Both the position numbers and the translations under genes were made by a program. Below, one piece after another: positions 1-9,170 of a stretch of 34,789 bases of DNA. Every line of letters starts with the position of its first letter. Position 1 is the first letter of the stretch. The stretch is taken from positions 1 through 34,789 of the IMG/VR virus record IMGVR_UViG_3300020045_008088; one strand, 5' to 3'. The stretch comes from a virus. Its lineage: Duplodnaviria > Caudoviricetes. Under the pieces are notes generated by a model. That model did no database searches and was not told where the DNA came from. It worked only from the letters and a program-made list of their open reading frames with translations.

Positions 1-112
1 AAGGTTTTGATGGCGGGTTTGCCGAAGGAATAAGGTGTGACTTATCACAATTGCAAACATAAACACCTCTGCTCCACCCCATCATTAATAACAAATAAAA
101 CACAGTAAGGAA

Positions 113-373
113 ATGAAACTACTATTACTAATTACCCTGATGGCTATTGCTGTTAGTGGGTGTAAAGACCCGTTTGGAGTTAAGAAGGAAACAAATAGAC
201 TACTAAAGGCTTATAATGGTTTTAGAATTATCGGAATAGATGTATGCAATTATTGTGATTTTAAGTACATTATAGTGCTTGAAAATAAGATAGAAAAACA
301 TACCATATCAAGAAATTATAATTGGACTGATGGTTATAATTTAGGAGACACTATAAAATCAAACCCAAAATGA
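113..373 (+). CDS. putative lipoprotein
   Basis: N-terminal MK, hydrophobic stretch and lipobox-like VSGC. Confidence 0.6.
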   Translation: MKLLLLITLMAIAVSGCKDPFGVKKETNRLLKAYNGFRIIGIDVCNYCDFKYIIVLENKIEKHTISRNYNWTDGYNLGDTIKSNPK

Positions 374-453
374 CCGCCCTCTTAATCCCCCTTCTCATTG
401 CCTTTGGCGCAATGGCTGGGTATTATGGGTGGAAGATATTTCGTAATAAATAA
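370..453 (+). CDS. small membrane peptide (27 aa, MTALLIPLLIAFGAMAGYYGWKIFRNK)
   Basis: ATGA overlap with upstream stop; single hydrophobic helix; not in ORF track. Confidence 0.45.
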   Translation: MTALLIPLLIAFGAMAGYYGWKIFRNK

Positions 454-463
454 AAATAAATGT

Positions 464-730
464 ATGAAAATATTTAAGTACACACTTAAAATGCTGGATG
501 TTCAAACAATCAAAATGCCAAACAATGCTATAATACTAAGTTGTCAAGAACAACACATGGGATTTTTGTCAATTTGGGCTGTAGTAAATCCTGATGCGCC
601 GCTGGAAGACAGAACGTTTGAAATAATTGGCACAGGGAATGAAGTTTCAGTAGTACCGAGAAACTATATATCTACTGTGGTATGTGGTCAACTTGTATGG
701 CACGTATTTGAAATCAACCGTAATGGCTAA
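464..730 (+). CDS. phage hypothetical protein (MKIFKY...WHVFE type)
   Basis: ATG at 464 after A-rich leader preferred over TTG at 398; IFKY / GTG / VWHVFE pattern recurrent in phage proteins. Confidence 0.65.
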   Translation: MKIFKYTLKMLDVQTIKMPNNAIILSCQEQHMGFLSIWAVVNPDAPLEDRTFEIIGTGNEVSVVPRNYISTVVCGQLVWHVFEINRNG

Positions 731-790
731 AACTATTTCTAACTAACCCCCATCATAGCCCCTGAGGGGGCAGATTAAAAAAGTATAATT

Positions 791-1063
791 ATGAGCTATC
801 ACAATATAATATTCGAAAAAGCAAAGCAAGTATTTGAAGATCGTAGAAACAAAGATACACACGAATCAAAAGCTCTGAATGTGAAATTAATTAAAAAAAT
901 AATAACCTTTAAAACTCACATTAATAAGTTGTGTAGAATACCACAACAAACAGAGTTTAGAAAGATTGATTCAGGAGCAACAGCTATCCACAGGACTTTC
1001 AAAAACAAAACTGTTATAACTGTTGCACATGATATTCCATTTCGTTTAAACTTTAAATACTAA
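791..1063 (+). CDS. hypothetical protein
   Basis: ORF with A-rich leader in tightly packed operon. Confidence 0.6.
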   Translation: MSYHNIIFEKAKQVFEDRRNKDTHESKALNVKLIKKIITFKTHINKLCRIPQQTEFRKIDSGATAIHRTFKNKTVITVAHDIPFRLNFKY

Positions 1064-1067
1064 AACT

Positions 1068-1358
1068 ATGCCATCAAATGATTATTTCCATTTAGTACTA
1101 GGAGAAGGAAATCTTCTCCATCCTGCAAACTGTGAAATGGGCTCCAGGTTTGCATCACATGATTTAAAAGAATGTCTTGACTACTTTTATGCTTCAAAAG
1201 AAAGTGAAGCCTTAGAATTAGCTATTGACTTCCACACTGAGAAGCTAGAGAAAGCAGAACGATTGATAATTGAGTTGATCCATTTGTCAAGAGGTCTACA
1301 CAATGATTTGATTGCAAACAAGCTTTGTGATATTAGAAACGTAATTCAAGAAATATAA
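1068..1358 (+). CDS. hypothetical protein
   Basis: ORF, 4 nt spacing from upstream gene. Confidence 0.65.
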   Translation: MPSNDYFHLVLGEGNLLHPANCEMGSRFASHDLKECLDYFYASKESEALELAIDFHTEKLEKAERLIIELIHLSRGLHNDLIANKLCDIRNVIQEI

Positions 1359-1361
1359 ACT

Positions 1362-1598
1362 ATGGCTTTTGATCCACCTCCATTATTTGATGCTATGAAA
1401 GCATTCAACCAAAAAGTAAAAGTTCAACATTCTTTTTCAAAATCTGCTTGGAATATAGTAGGAACTTCTCTAGGACATAAATATAAAATAGCAAGATTCC
1501 CATATTTTACTTTTGATAATATTGATCTTACAACAAAAGAACGTACTGAAGCTTTTAACCATGCTCAATTTTGTGCTAACGCAATTAATAAAGAATAA
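1362..1598 (+). CDS. hypothetical protein
   Basis: ORF, tight packing. Confidence 0.65.
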   Translation: MAFDPPPLFDAMKAFNQKVKVQHSFSKSAWNIVGTSLGHKYKIARFPYFTFDNIDLTTKERTEAFNHAQFCANAINKE

Positions 1599-1600
1599 AC

Positions 1601-1984
1601 ATGAAAAATATAGAAAAAATAACCAATGTACTTTTAGAAATAAAAGCGGTGGAAGCCGAGATTATAAACATTAAAGCTCAACAGAAACACGTATTTGATA
1701 ATACAAAAACAACTACTTTAAAAATAGAAACAGATAAAACAGAAGTAGAAAATTTATTCAAAGAAGGTTCTATAGCATCTTTATTAGAAAGCCATTATGA
1801 ATTTGTAAGAAATAATGGTTTTGTAAAAAATAAAAGTAAATGTTCAAGTACATCTACGCTTGTTGAAACTAATTTTAATATGCTGCAAAGTATTAAAATT
1901 ATGAGGTTAATGCTAGATCTTAAAATGGATCAGCATTCTGAATTATTAAAACAACTTAACGAATTAGGATTTAAAGCAGAGTAA
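1601..1984 (+). CDS. hypothetical protein
   Basis: ORF, tight packing. Confidence 0.65.
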   Translation: MKNIEKITNVLLEIKAVEAEIINIKAQQKHVFDNTKTTTLKIETDKTEVENLFKEGSIASLLESHYEFVRNNGFVKNKSKCSSTSTLVETNFNMLQSIKIMRLMLDLKMDQHSELLKQLNELGFKAE

Positions 1985-1985
1985 T

Positions 1986-2228
1986 ATGAAACGACCAGAC
2001 CTTACACACTTAACACAAGCGCAATTTACAGTAGAAGATAAATTTAATTTATTTCAAATAAACATACAAAATGAATCGACTATTTTTGCGCCTAGCGAGT
2101 ATAAAAAAGTTTTACTTAATATTCCAAAATTAGTACAAGCTTTAGAAATGCTTCACGATAGTACACTTGATAGTCCTTATGGATTCACTCACTTATTCAC
2201 TAAAGATTTATTAAACCAATTAGTATGA
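1986..2228 (+). CDS. hypothetical protein
   Basis: ORF, tight packing. Confidence 0.6.
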   Translation: MKRPDLTHLTQAQFTVEDKFNLFQINIQNESTIFAPSEYKKVLLNIPKLVQALEMLHDSTLDSPYGFTHLFTKDLLNQLV

Positions 2229-2347
2229 AAGAGTTAAATAAAATTTTAGAAAATCCATTTGGTATTTTTATGATAACGTTTATTATTGGGCTTTTAGTAG
2301 CTTTAATATTATGGTTTATTTTCATAGATAGTGATTATGACGCTTGA
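2225..2347 (+). CDS. small membrane protein (40 aa, MKELNKILENPFGIFMITFIIGLLVALILWFIFIDSDYDA)
   Basis: ATGA overlap; one strong TM helix; fills the intergenic gap. Confidence 0.55.
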   Translation: MKELNKILENPFGIFMITFIIGLLVALILWFIFIDSDYDA

Positions 2348-3104
2348 ATCAAATAGAAGCTATCAGAGAATCAATAATATAATTTATGATGATTCTATTC
2401 CAATTATAAAATTGTATCAGAAATCCATAGATCTGATGATCCTGGACGATGTAGTGATTGCTTATATGAATAGATATTTACAAACTTTCCCAGATTTATG
2501 GGAACCAATAGACAACCAAATGAAAATAATAAAAGTATTTTATGATGTTGAAACAACAGGAACTAATGTAAAGTTACATGGAATCCACCAAATTTCTGGC
2601 TGTATAGAGATCAATGATGTTGTAGTAGAGAAGTTTAACTTCAAAGTACGACCTAATCAAAAAGCGCAAATAGAAGCTGAAGCTCTTGCAGTATGTAATG
2701 TGACTGAAGAACAAATTAAAGCTTATCCAGAAATGATTGTTATCTACAGATTATTTGTGAAAAGGTTAAGTAAGTACATTGATAGATTCAATCCTAAAAG
2801 CAAAGCTTATTTAGTTGGGTACAATAACAGAAAGTTTGATGATATTTTCTTGAGAGCTTGGTTTGAACAGAATGGAGATACATTTTTTGGATCCTGGTTC
2901 TGGAGTGAATCACTAGATGTCATTGTATTAGCTGGGCAGTATCTACTTAACAGAAGATTAAGTATGCCAAGCTTCAAATTACGACGTGTTGCACTTGAGT
3001 TAGGAATTCAAGTTGATGAAGAACGATTGCACGATGCTGAGTATGATATTTACTTGACTCGTGAGATTTATAGAATAGTAGTTGGTTTAGAACTTGAAAT
3101 TTAG
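2337..3104 (+). CDS. DEDDh 3'-5' exonuclease (DnaQ-like); nuclease domain starts at Met 2520
   Basis: Exo I DVETTG, Exo II YNNRKFD, Exo III HDAEYD; start uncertain (2337 or 2520). Confidence 0.88.
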   Translation: MTLESNRSYQRINNIIYDDSIPIIKLYQKSIDLMILDDVVIAYMNRYLQTFPDLWEPIDNQMKIIKVFYDVETTGTNVKLHGIHQISGCIEINDVVVEKFNFKVRPNQKAQIEAEALAVCNVTEEQIKAYPEMIVIYRLFVKRLSKYIDRFNPKSKAYLVGYNNRKFDDIFLRAWFEQNGDTFFGSWFWSESLDVIVLAGQYLLNRRLSMPSFKLRRVALELGIQVDEERLHDAEYDIYLTREIYRIVVGLELEI

Positions 3105-3109
3105 AAATT

Positions 3110-3343
3110 ATGAGTAAATTCACAGAATTATTAATAGAAGAAATAGATAAAGTTAAGAAGAGAAATCTGGGCAACAATGATTTAGCTGTGGTATTATCAA
3201 GCCATGGAATAGGACAGTATAAAAATCATTTGTACCAGCAATCTTGTTATTTTACTCCAGCTATGTTAGAATATTTTAACGGACATAAAACATTCTTTGA
3301 TCCTAACCAACAAGAAGATTTTAAAGTAATTTACACAATATAA
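3110..3343 (+). CDS. hypothetical protein
   Basis: ORF, tight packing. Confidence 0.6.
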   Translation: MSKFTELLIEEIDKVKKRNLGNNDLAVVLSSHGIGQYKNHLYQQSCYFTPAMLEYFNGHKTFFDPNQQEDFKVIYTI

Positions 3344-3345
3344 TT

Positions 3346-3579
3346 ATGAATCAAAATTGTAAAGTAATATACGAATATCCTGTAAAAGCCGTAAAGTGTG
3401 ATGACCAAGTACTTCTTTATACTAAAAAACGCGGAGTAGTTACATGTAAGAAAATAGATGTAGAAACTCTAGAGGTTATCACTAACAATGTAGAATTTAA
3501 AATGACTATGAAGGCCATACATCTAGAAATGTTTTCATACAAGGAATATATTTATGAATTTTTAATAAATAAATCATGA
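3346..3579 (+). CDS. hypothetical protein
   Basis: ORF, tight packing. Confidence 0.6.
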   Translation: MNQNCKVIYEYPVKAVKCDDQVLLYTKKRGVVTCKKIDVETLEVITNNVEFKMTMKAIHLEMFSYKEYIYEFLINKS

Positions 3580-3782
3580 AAGTATATTGGAAAAAGATCA
3601 CAGTTTGGTGTAAATATCCTTTTCAAGATATTGTTGATAACAGGTATATTGCTTTAAGTACACAAGTTAAAAATTTTGATACTTATGTATTTATGGAGTT
3701 ACCAACTTCAACAACTATGGAAGAAAGACTTAAGTATGTACAAGAAGTATTCCCAGATGCAAAAGAATTAATTAAACTTTAA
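3576..3782 (+). CDS. hypothetical protein
   Basis: ATGA overlap with upstream gene. Confidence 0.6.
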   Translation: MKVYWKKITVWCKYPFQDIVDNRYIALSTQVKNFDTYVFMELPTSTTMEERLKYVQEVFPDAKELIKL

Positions 3783-3787
3783 TAGTC

Positions 3788-3964
3788 ATGACAAAAGCTT
3801 ATAAGGATTTAGTAGAACAATTTTGGAAGCAGCAAACTCTAAAAACCAAAATAGATCATCTTGAGAAACATTATATTTTTCAGAAACGATTTATAACTAT
3901 GATCCGAATTAGCTTCAATTGTAAAGAAAAATTTTATATAAAGAATCATGAAGAAACTAAGTAA
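3788..3964 (+). CDS. hypothetical protein (58 aa, MTKAYKDLVEQFWKQ...)
   Basis: ORF below the track cutoff, continues the operon packing. Confidence 0.5.
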   Translation: MTKAYKDLVEQFWKQQTLKTKIDHLEKHYIFQKRFITMIRISFNCKEKFYIKNHEETK

Positions 3965-4085
3965 AGCGGCACAAAAAGCTATTGATTTATTCAAGAAACG
4001 AGAACTCGAATCTAAAAAGTCACCTACGGTAATTCTACCAGGAGTGACTGGTGAAAAACTATCTGGTGTTAAAAGATGGGGTTAA
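3948..4085 (+). CDS. small basic protein (45 aa, MKKLSKAAQKAIDLF...)
   Basis: ORF overlapping upstream stop; ends immediately before the repeat element. Confidence 0.5.
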   Translation: MKKLSKAAQKAIDLFKKRELESKKSPTVILPGVTGEKLSGVKRWG

Positions 4086-4087
4086 AT

Positions 4088-4379
4088 GTAAACAATGATA
4101 AACAATGTAAACAATACATTGTTTACTCCAAGAAGCTTGCTACCATTGGCTATAGATAAGATGTAAACAATGTAAACAATAAAAATGATAAACTTTTAAA
4201 TATATTAATATTATAGTATTTATAGGAATAATACTACAGTAATATTCAATATAGACATTATGAAGTTGCTGAATACATTGTTTACATTGTTTACAATCTA
4301 TGAAAATCCCTTTAATAGCAACCCTTTCGGAGTAAACAATGATTGTTTTATTGTTTACATTTTAAATTTTATTGTTTAC
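4088..4379. repeat. symmetric iteron-like element copy 1 (putative replication origin)
   Basis: (G/A)TAAACAAT at 4088, 4098, 4107, 4163, 4172, 4332; inverted ATTGTTTAC at 4118, 4277, 4286, 4350, 4371 plus a variant at 4342; AT-rich core 4181-4276. Confidence 0.85.
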
Positions 4380-4405
4380 CAGGTGTAAAATGCTATAATT
4401 TTCTC

Positions 4406-4413
4406 TATCTTTG
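4406..4413 (+). promoter_or_regulatory. Bacteroidota-type -7 promoter element for the terminase operon
   Basis: TATCTTTG matches TAnnTTTG, 22 nt before the terS ATG. Confidence 0.6.
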
Positions 4414-4435
4414 TAAAAATTAAAACTTAGAAATT

Positions 4436-4942
4436 ATGCCAGCACCAAAGGGGAACCAATTTTGGAAATTAGCTAAAATGCCAGGCTACAGAAAAGCATT
4501 TGAGTCGCCAGAAGAAATGTATAAAATAGCTTTAGAATATTTTGCTTATACAGATCAAAGGTTTATAGAGAAGGAAGATTATAGAGGGAAACCACTTAAA
4601 AAAATTATAATTAAATTACGTGTTCCATATACATATTCTAGTTGGTATATCTTTGCAGGTATAAGTGCAACTACTTGGAAAGACTATAGAGATAAAGATG
4701 CGTATAAAGACTACTCTGAAATTGTCGCGTATATAGATGCAACAATCTATAATAATAAATTTGAAGGTGCAACAACTGGAATGTTTAATGCGACAATAAT
4801 CTCACGTGATTTGAAGCTAGTAGAACACTCAGAAATGAAATCAACAAGTGTTAATAAGTTTGATACGTCTTCACTTACTAAAGAAGATAAGGAACTATTA
4901 TTTGACTTGTCACTTAAAATGAAACCAGATGTTGGACAGTAA
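4436..4942 (+). CDS. terS: terminase small subunit (P22 gp3-like)
   Basis: MPAPKGNQFW N-terminus and KFEGA..GMFNATIISRDLKL typical of this family; directly upstream of terL. Confidence 0.88.
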   Translation: MPAPKGNQFWKLAKMPGYRKAFESPEEMYKIALEYFAYTDQRFIEKEDYRGKPLKKIIIKLRVPYTYSSWYIFAGISATTWKDYRDKDAYKDYSEIVAYIDATIYNNKFEGATTGMFNATIISRDLKLVEHSEMKSTSVNKFDTSSLTKEDKELLFDLSLKMKPDVGQ

Positions 4943-6362
4943 AGCCATCATACAAGTGCAACGTGAAATGGCACAAGAAAGCTTCTTTAATTTTGTACGC
5001 CTATTTTGGGACGTCATTATTAAAGAAGCTCCTGTTTATAATTGGCACATAAAATATTTATGTAAGGAGCTCCAGGCGATCACTCCATTTATTATAAACC
5101 GCCAGAAGAAACCATATGATTTAATTATCAATATTCCACCTGGAACCACTAAGAGTTCTATTTGTACAATTATGTACCCTGTGTGGTTGTGGACCCAAGA
5201 TCCAACCATGCGAATAATTACCAATTCTTATTCTTCTGACTTATCTACTGAGCATGCGATTAAGTCTAGAGATATAGTATTGAGTGATAAATTCAAATTA
5301 ATATTTCCAGAGATTGCTTTACGATTTGATAAGTCTGCAAAACAAAATTATGAGAACACTGAAGGTGGTGCACGATATACAACTTCCACAGGTGGTACTA
5401 TTACAGGTAAGCACGCTCATGTTATTATTAATGATGATCCACTTAATCCAGCACAAGCAGCATCGGTTACAGATAGAAAGAATGCTAACGAGCATACTAA
5501 AACACTATCAAGTAGAAAAGTAGACAAAGAGAATACGCCTACAATAACAGTGATGCAGCGACTACACGAGGAAGATGTTACTGGCTATTTACTTTCTAAA
5601 AAAAGTGATGGTATAAAACATATTTGTTTACCAGCTGAAGTTTCTAACAATGTGAAACCAGCGCATTTAAAAGCTTATTATGTTAATGGCTTACTTGATC
5701 CAGTGCGGTTGTCAACTAAAGCCCTAGCTGAAGCTAAAATTGATCTAGGGTCCTATGGTTATGCCAACCAATACAGTCAAGAAGAAGCACCACAAGAAGG
5801 TGGAATACTTAAAACAAAATGGTTTGAGATTGTGGACTACAAAGAAGAATTTAACCAGATAGTTTGGAATACTGCAGTAGATTCAGCTTATAGTGAATCA
5901 CTTGAAAACGATGAATCAGCGTTCTTACAATATGGTGAACTTAATAACATAATGTACATACGCCATTGCGAAGGAGTCTATAAAGAATTCCCTGAATTAG
6001 TTAAGCATACAAAATCTTATGCAATGATGTATGGTTATTCAAATAAATCGTTTATATTTGTAGAGCCAAAAGCTTCTGGAAAATCACTTGTTCAACAGAT
6101 CAAACGTGAATCACTTTTAAACATAAAAGAAGATGCTTCACCTTTCAAGGACAAAGTTGCAAGAGCTAGTGATATTTCACCAATTTGTGAAAGCAAACGA
6201 GTGAAGCTTATACGAGGCGCTTGGAATGAACCATTTCTAGATCAAGTTAAAATGTTTCCAAATGTAAAGCAAGATGGTAAAATTGACTGCTTAGTAATAG
6301 CAGTAAATAATTCACTAAAGAAAAAACAAAATACAGGATGGGGTGGAAGTCGTACAGCATAG
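4929..6362 (+). CDS. terL: terminase large subunit
   Basis: Walker A NIPPGTTKS, Walker B IINDDP, MQRLHEED, nuclease VDSAY / VEPKASGKS / DGKIDC. Confidence 0.95.
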   Translation: MLDSKAIIQVQREMAQESFFNFVRLFWDVIIKEAPVYNWHIKYLCKELQAITPFIINRQKKPYDLIINIPPGTTKSSICTIMYPVWLWTQDPTMRIITNSYSSDLSTEHAIKSRDIVLSDKFKLIFPEIALRFDKSAKQNYENTEGGARYTTSTGGTITGKHAHVIINDDPLNPAQAASVTDRKNANEHTKTLSSRKVDKENTPTITVMQRLHEEDVTGYLLSKKSDGIKHICLPAEVSNNVKPAHLKAYYVNGLLDPVRLSTKALAEAKIDLGSYGYANQYSQEEAPQEGGILKTKWFEIVDYKEEFNQIVWNTAVDSAYSESLENDESAFLQYGELNNIMYIRHCEGVYKEFPELVKHTKSYAMMYGYSNKSFIFVEPKASGKSLVQQIKRESLLNIKEDASPFKDKVARASDISPICESKRVKLIRGAWNEPFLDQVKMFPNVKQDGKIDCLVIAVNNSLKKKQNTGWGGSRTA

Positions 6363-6943
6363 AAAAAGTATTTGATAGTAGACTTAGAATGTGGGAACAT
6401 TATAAGCTACCAGTTGAAGTAAAAGATGTTGTAGACTTCACTATCATTCACAACCTTAAAGCTAATCCAGTTTTAAGGTTGACAAGAAAAAAGGATCTAC
6501 AAATACAATCACTTTGGGAATTACGTTGGACAGATATAATTGAACTACGTGAAGCTTTAAGCACAAATGATTTAGTGAAAGCAATTTGTTTGGTTTACAA
6601 GATTAAACCTAATCAATTTAACCAGCTTGAAATATTTAATGTTTATGCGGTTTATCTTTGGATAGTAACACAGTTCAAAGTTATGATGGAAACAGAAATT
6701 GAACAGCTTACACTTGATTTAGATGATGAAGAAAAACAAGCAGGAGCAGAAGACTTACAAGATTTTGGTTATGTGGTTGCTCTTGATGGTTTAGCAGGTG
6801 GAGACATTTTAAAGTACAATGATTATTTGCTTATACCATACGCTAAAATATTTAGAAAGTTAGTGCTTGATAAAACAAGATACGAGATTAATAAAAACAT
6901 GCAAAAAAATGCTAGTAGAAACGCTACAAGAAACAGTCAATAG
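6338..6943 (+). CDS. virion morphogenesis protein, possibly tail assembly chaperone
   Basis: position; C-terminal EKQAG..LDGLAGGDILKY pattern; function inferred. Confidence 0.45.
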   Translation: MGWKSYSIEKVFDSRLRMWEHYKLPVEVKDVVDFTIIHNLKANPVLRLTRKKDLQIQSLWELRWTDIIELREALSTNDLVKAICLVYKIKPNQFNQLEIFNVYAVYLWIVTQFKVMMETEIEQLTLDLDDEEKQAGAEDLQDFGYVVALDGLAGGDILKYNDYLLIPYAKIFRKLVLDKTRYEINKNMQKNASRNATRNSQ

Positions 6944-7382
6944 CTTAAACGCTAATATTCCAATACTTACACCTTTAAAAGGAAAGTGGAATTTCAATTA
7001 TGGTAAAGAGCACTGGCAGAATCTAGGCGACTATGTTCTGGACCATGAACTACCTTTTGCTGACCGCCAAAAGTACTTACTACTTTTATGGAAAGATAGG
7101 GGTTTTAGCTTGGACACAAATGGGTCCATTAAAGGACTCACTTTTGATGGGGAGATGGTTTTATTAGTTAGATCTAAAATAAGCGATCCTACTTATCAAT
7201 ACAAGTACGAGACACACATTAAGAACCTAGAAGCTTTATCTGAAATGCTATTCAATACATTTGGAGAATGTGATGGTTGGTTAATCAAATCCTGGAAAGA
7301 AGTAGAAGTGTCAAACGAATTTGATACCAACTTAGACGGATTGAAGATACGATTCACAATAGAGTTCACTGAAGAAGATTAA
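6909..7382 (+). CDS. putative tail terminator / tail completion protein
   Basis: size, context and terminal beta-strand DGLKIRFTIEF; ATG 6909 preferred over TTG 6867. Confidence 0.45.
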   Translation: MLVETLQETVNSLNANIPILTPLKGKWNFNYGKEHWQNLGDYVLDHELPFADRQKYLLLLWKDRGFSLDTNGSIKGLTFDGEMVLLVRSKISDPTYQYKYETHIKNLEALSEMLFNTFGECDGWLIKSWKEVEVSNEFDTNLDGLKIRFTIEFTEED

Positions 7383-7393
7383 TTTCAACTATT

Positions 7394-7903
7394 ATGGCAG
7401 ATAATCAAAAAGAAGTTGTATATTTGAAGTATTTAGAAATTCTTAGATTAAAGCTCATTAAGAAATATGATGAATTAGGTTTAAGAGCTTCAGGAAAATA
7501 TGCTGATGAATTAGAGCCACAAGTAATAAACCTGAATAAGTTGGTTATGCTAGGCTCTAATCACTCAGGAGTGATGGAAAAAGGTAGACGAGCAGGCAAA
7601 TTTCCACCATACAATCCGCAAACTGGAACTTTCGATGAAATTTCAGATTGGATTGATACTAAAGCTGGATTACCAGCTATTTTTAAAGAGAAAAAGAAAC
7701 AGTTTGCATTCTTAATCGCTCGCAAGATAGCTAATGAAGGAATAAAAGTACCAAGTACATTCAATAAAGGTGGCGTAATTGAAGACGTAGTTAATGATTT
7801 TCTAGCAAATGACATCGCTTTAATGCTTGAAGAACTAGGAGATGTATTTTTAATAACAATAAAAGCTGATATTTTACAAATATTTAAAGAATTACAAGCA
7901 TGA
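7394..7903 (+). CDS. putative neck / tail completion protein (HK97 gp10-like)
   Basis: ASG..., MEKGRRAGKFPP and AFLIARKIANEG motifs typical of phage neck proteins. Confidence 0.6.
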   Translation: MADNQKEVVYLKYLEILRLKLIKKYDELGLRASGKYADELEPQVINLNKLVMLGSNHSGVMEKGRRAGKFPPYNPQTGTFDEISDWIDTKAGLPAIFKEKKKQFAFLIARKIANEGIKVPSTFNKGGVIEDVVNDFLANDIALMLEELGDVFLITIKADILQIFKELQA

Positions 7904-8019
7904 TACTAACAAAACACAGAAGCAAAAAACTATTCAAAGTAATATTGTTATCTTACTTGCTACCATGGGTAGCTTTTTCTGTTTTAATTAACCTTTTATA
8001 CTTAATAAAATGGCTATAG
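7900..8019 (+). CDS. small membrane peptide (39 aa, MILTKHRSKKLFKVILLSYLLPWVAFSVLINLLYLIKWL)
   Basis: ATGA overlap upstream, overlaps the next start; basic N-terminus plus TM helix. Confidence 0.45.
   Translation: MILTKHRSKKLFKVILLSYLLPWVAFSVLINLLYLIKWL
7959..7978 (+). terminator. possible weak intrinsic terminator
   Basis: GCTACC-ATG-GGTAGC followed by TTTTT. Confidence 0.35.
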
Positions 8020-9170
8020 TATTTGCACAAGCTTTACCGATTGACAAACTACTTAATGCTTATAACAATAATGTAGTTCGTTTTACAACTGATGTGGATC
8101 CAGGTGACAAAGTAATGTTATTTGCAGAGATTACTAGTGTAGATTTTTATGCTAAAATATATCCAAGCCCAACAGGTCAATATTACTTTAACTTTAAAGA
8201 ATATTTCACTGCTACAATAAACACTAAAGATTTTAAAGATGATGTGGATTATCAATTAGATGATAGTGATGTTTTATCTATGTTATATGATGTTAACGAA
8301 GGACACTTTTTAAAATCTGAAATAGAATTCAAGATCACATTCGATGATGCATCAGAGGAGACAGAAACAGTAACTCCTGTAGTACTAGCATCTGTTACAC
8401 AATTAAATACTTTTGCATCGGATAAAATAGTACCACAACCAAAACAATTTATACCACTAATACCAGCTTTAAACAGAAACCAGTTAACAACATTAAAAAT
8501 GTGGAGAGGTTACCCGTTTGAATTTACTGGATATGCTGAAAACCAAATAAATGAAATAATAATTTTTAATGAAACTTCAGAATCTCAATTTGGTTTTATA
8601 CCAAGTGCTGAATTGACATCTGTAGTTTTAACTGATGGTTATACTGAAATAGCAGCACCATTTTTAGGTATGCAACCAGGAGTAAATAAATTTCATTTTA
8701 CTTCAGATAGTGATACACTGCCAAACAAGTTAAATATATTTTTTGAAACAGAAGAAACTTGTGGAGTGTATGTAAAATTCTTAAATAGATTTGGAAGATG
8801 GACACACTGGTTATTTTCTAAAAACTTTTTCGAAACTAGAACTACAAAATATATGGGTGAAATCGAAAATGATTTTGAAAATATTGAAGACACTATGTCA
8901 CCTACTTTACAGATAGGTAAAATATCTGATAGTTCATTGAAGGTAGCAGCAAAATCTGTTTCACCTGAATTCGCAATATTACTAGATGATATTTTTGACA
9001 GCCCAAAGATTATGATTTTTAATGGTGTAGTAGGTCAAATCAATACATATAAAAATTGGTTTGAAACAAGATTAAAAACTTCATCATTCCAAATTAAATC
9101 ACCTAACAAGAAAACTAAGAACTACTTTTTAGAGTTTGATAATCCATTAAGAAATACAATTACGTTATGA
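8010..9170 (+). CDS. tail tip / distal tail-like structural protein
   Basis: VKFLNRFGRWTHWLF and IFDSPKI motifs typical of Bacteroidota phage tail proteins; context. Confidence 0.6.
   Translation: MAIVFAQALPIDKLLNAYNNNVVRFTTDVDPGDKVMLFAEITSVDFYAKIYPSPTGQYYFNFKEYFTATINTKDFKDDVDYQLDDSDVLSMLYDVNEGHFLKSEIEFKITFDDASEETETVTPVVLASVTQLNTFASDKIVPQPKQFIPLIPALNRNQLTTLKMWRGYPFEFTGYAENQINEIIIFNETSESQFGFIPSAELTSVVLTDGYTEIAAPFLGMQPGVNKFHFTSDSDTLPNKLNIFFETEETCGVYVKFLNRFGRWTHWLFSKNFFETRTTKYMGEIENDFENIEDTMSPTLQIGKISDSSLKVAAKSVSPEFAILLDDIFDSPKIMIFNGVVGQINTYKNWFETRLKTSSFQIKSPNKKTKNYFLEFDNPLRNTITL

Noticed and set aside
758-771. GC hairpin as intrinsic terminator
   Set aside because: No adjacent U-tract on either strand.
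4088-4379. CRISPR or mini-array interpretation (36-37 nt spacers; Cas4-like gene in the genome)
   Set aside because: Repeats are only 9 bp and inverted relative to each other; the Cas4-like DUF2800 is a standard member of this replication module.
6895-6943. Tail-chaperone-style -1 frameshift at the A7 run (6903-6909)
   Set aside because: The downstream ORF is in the +1 frame relative to the upstream ORF and has its own ATG.
7956-7966. CTTGCTACCAT matching the copy 1 spacer (4136-4146)
   Set aside because: A single 11-mer match without flanking repeats is compatible with chance.
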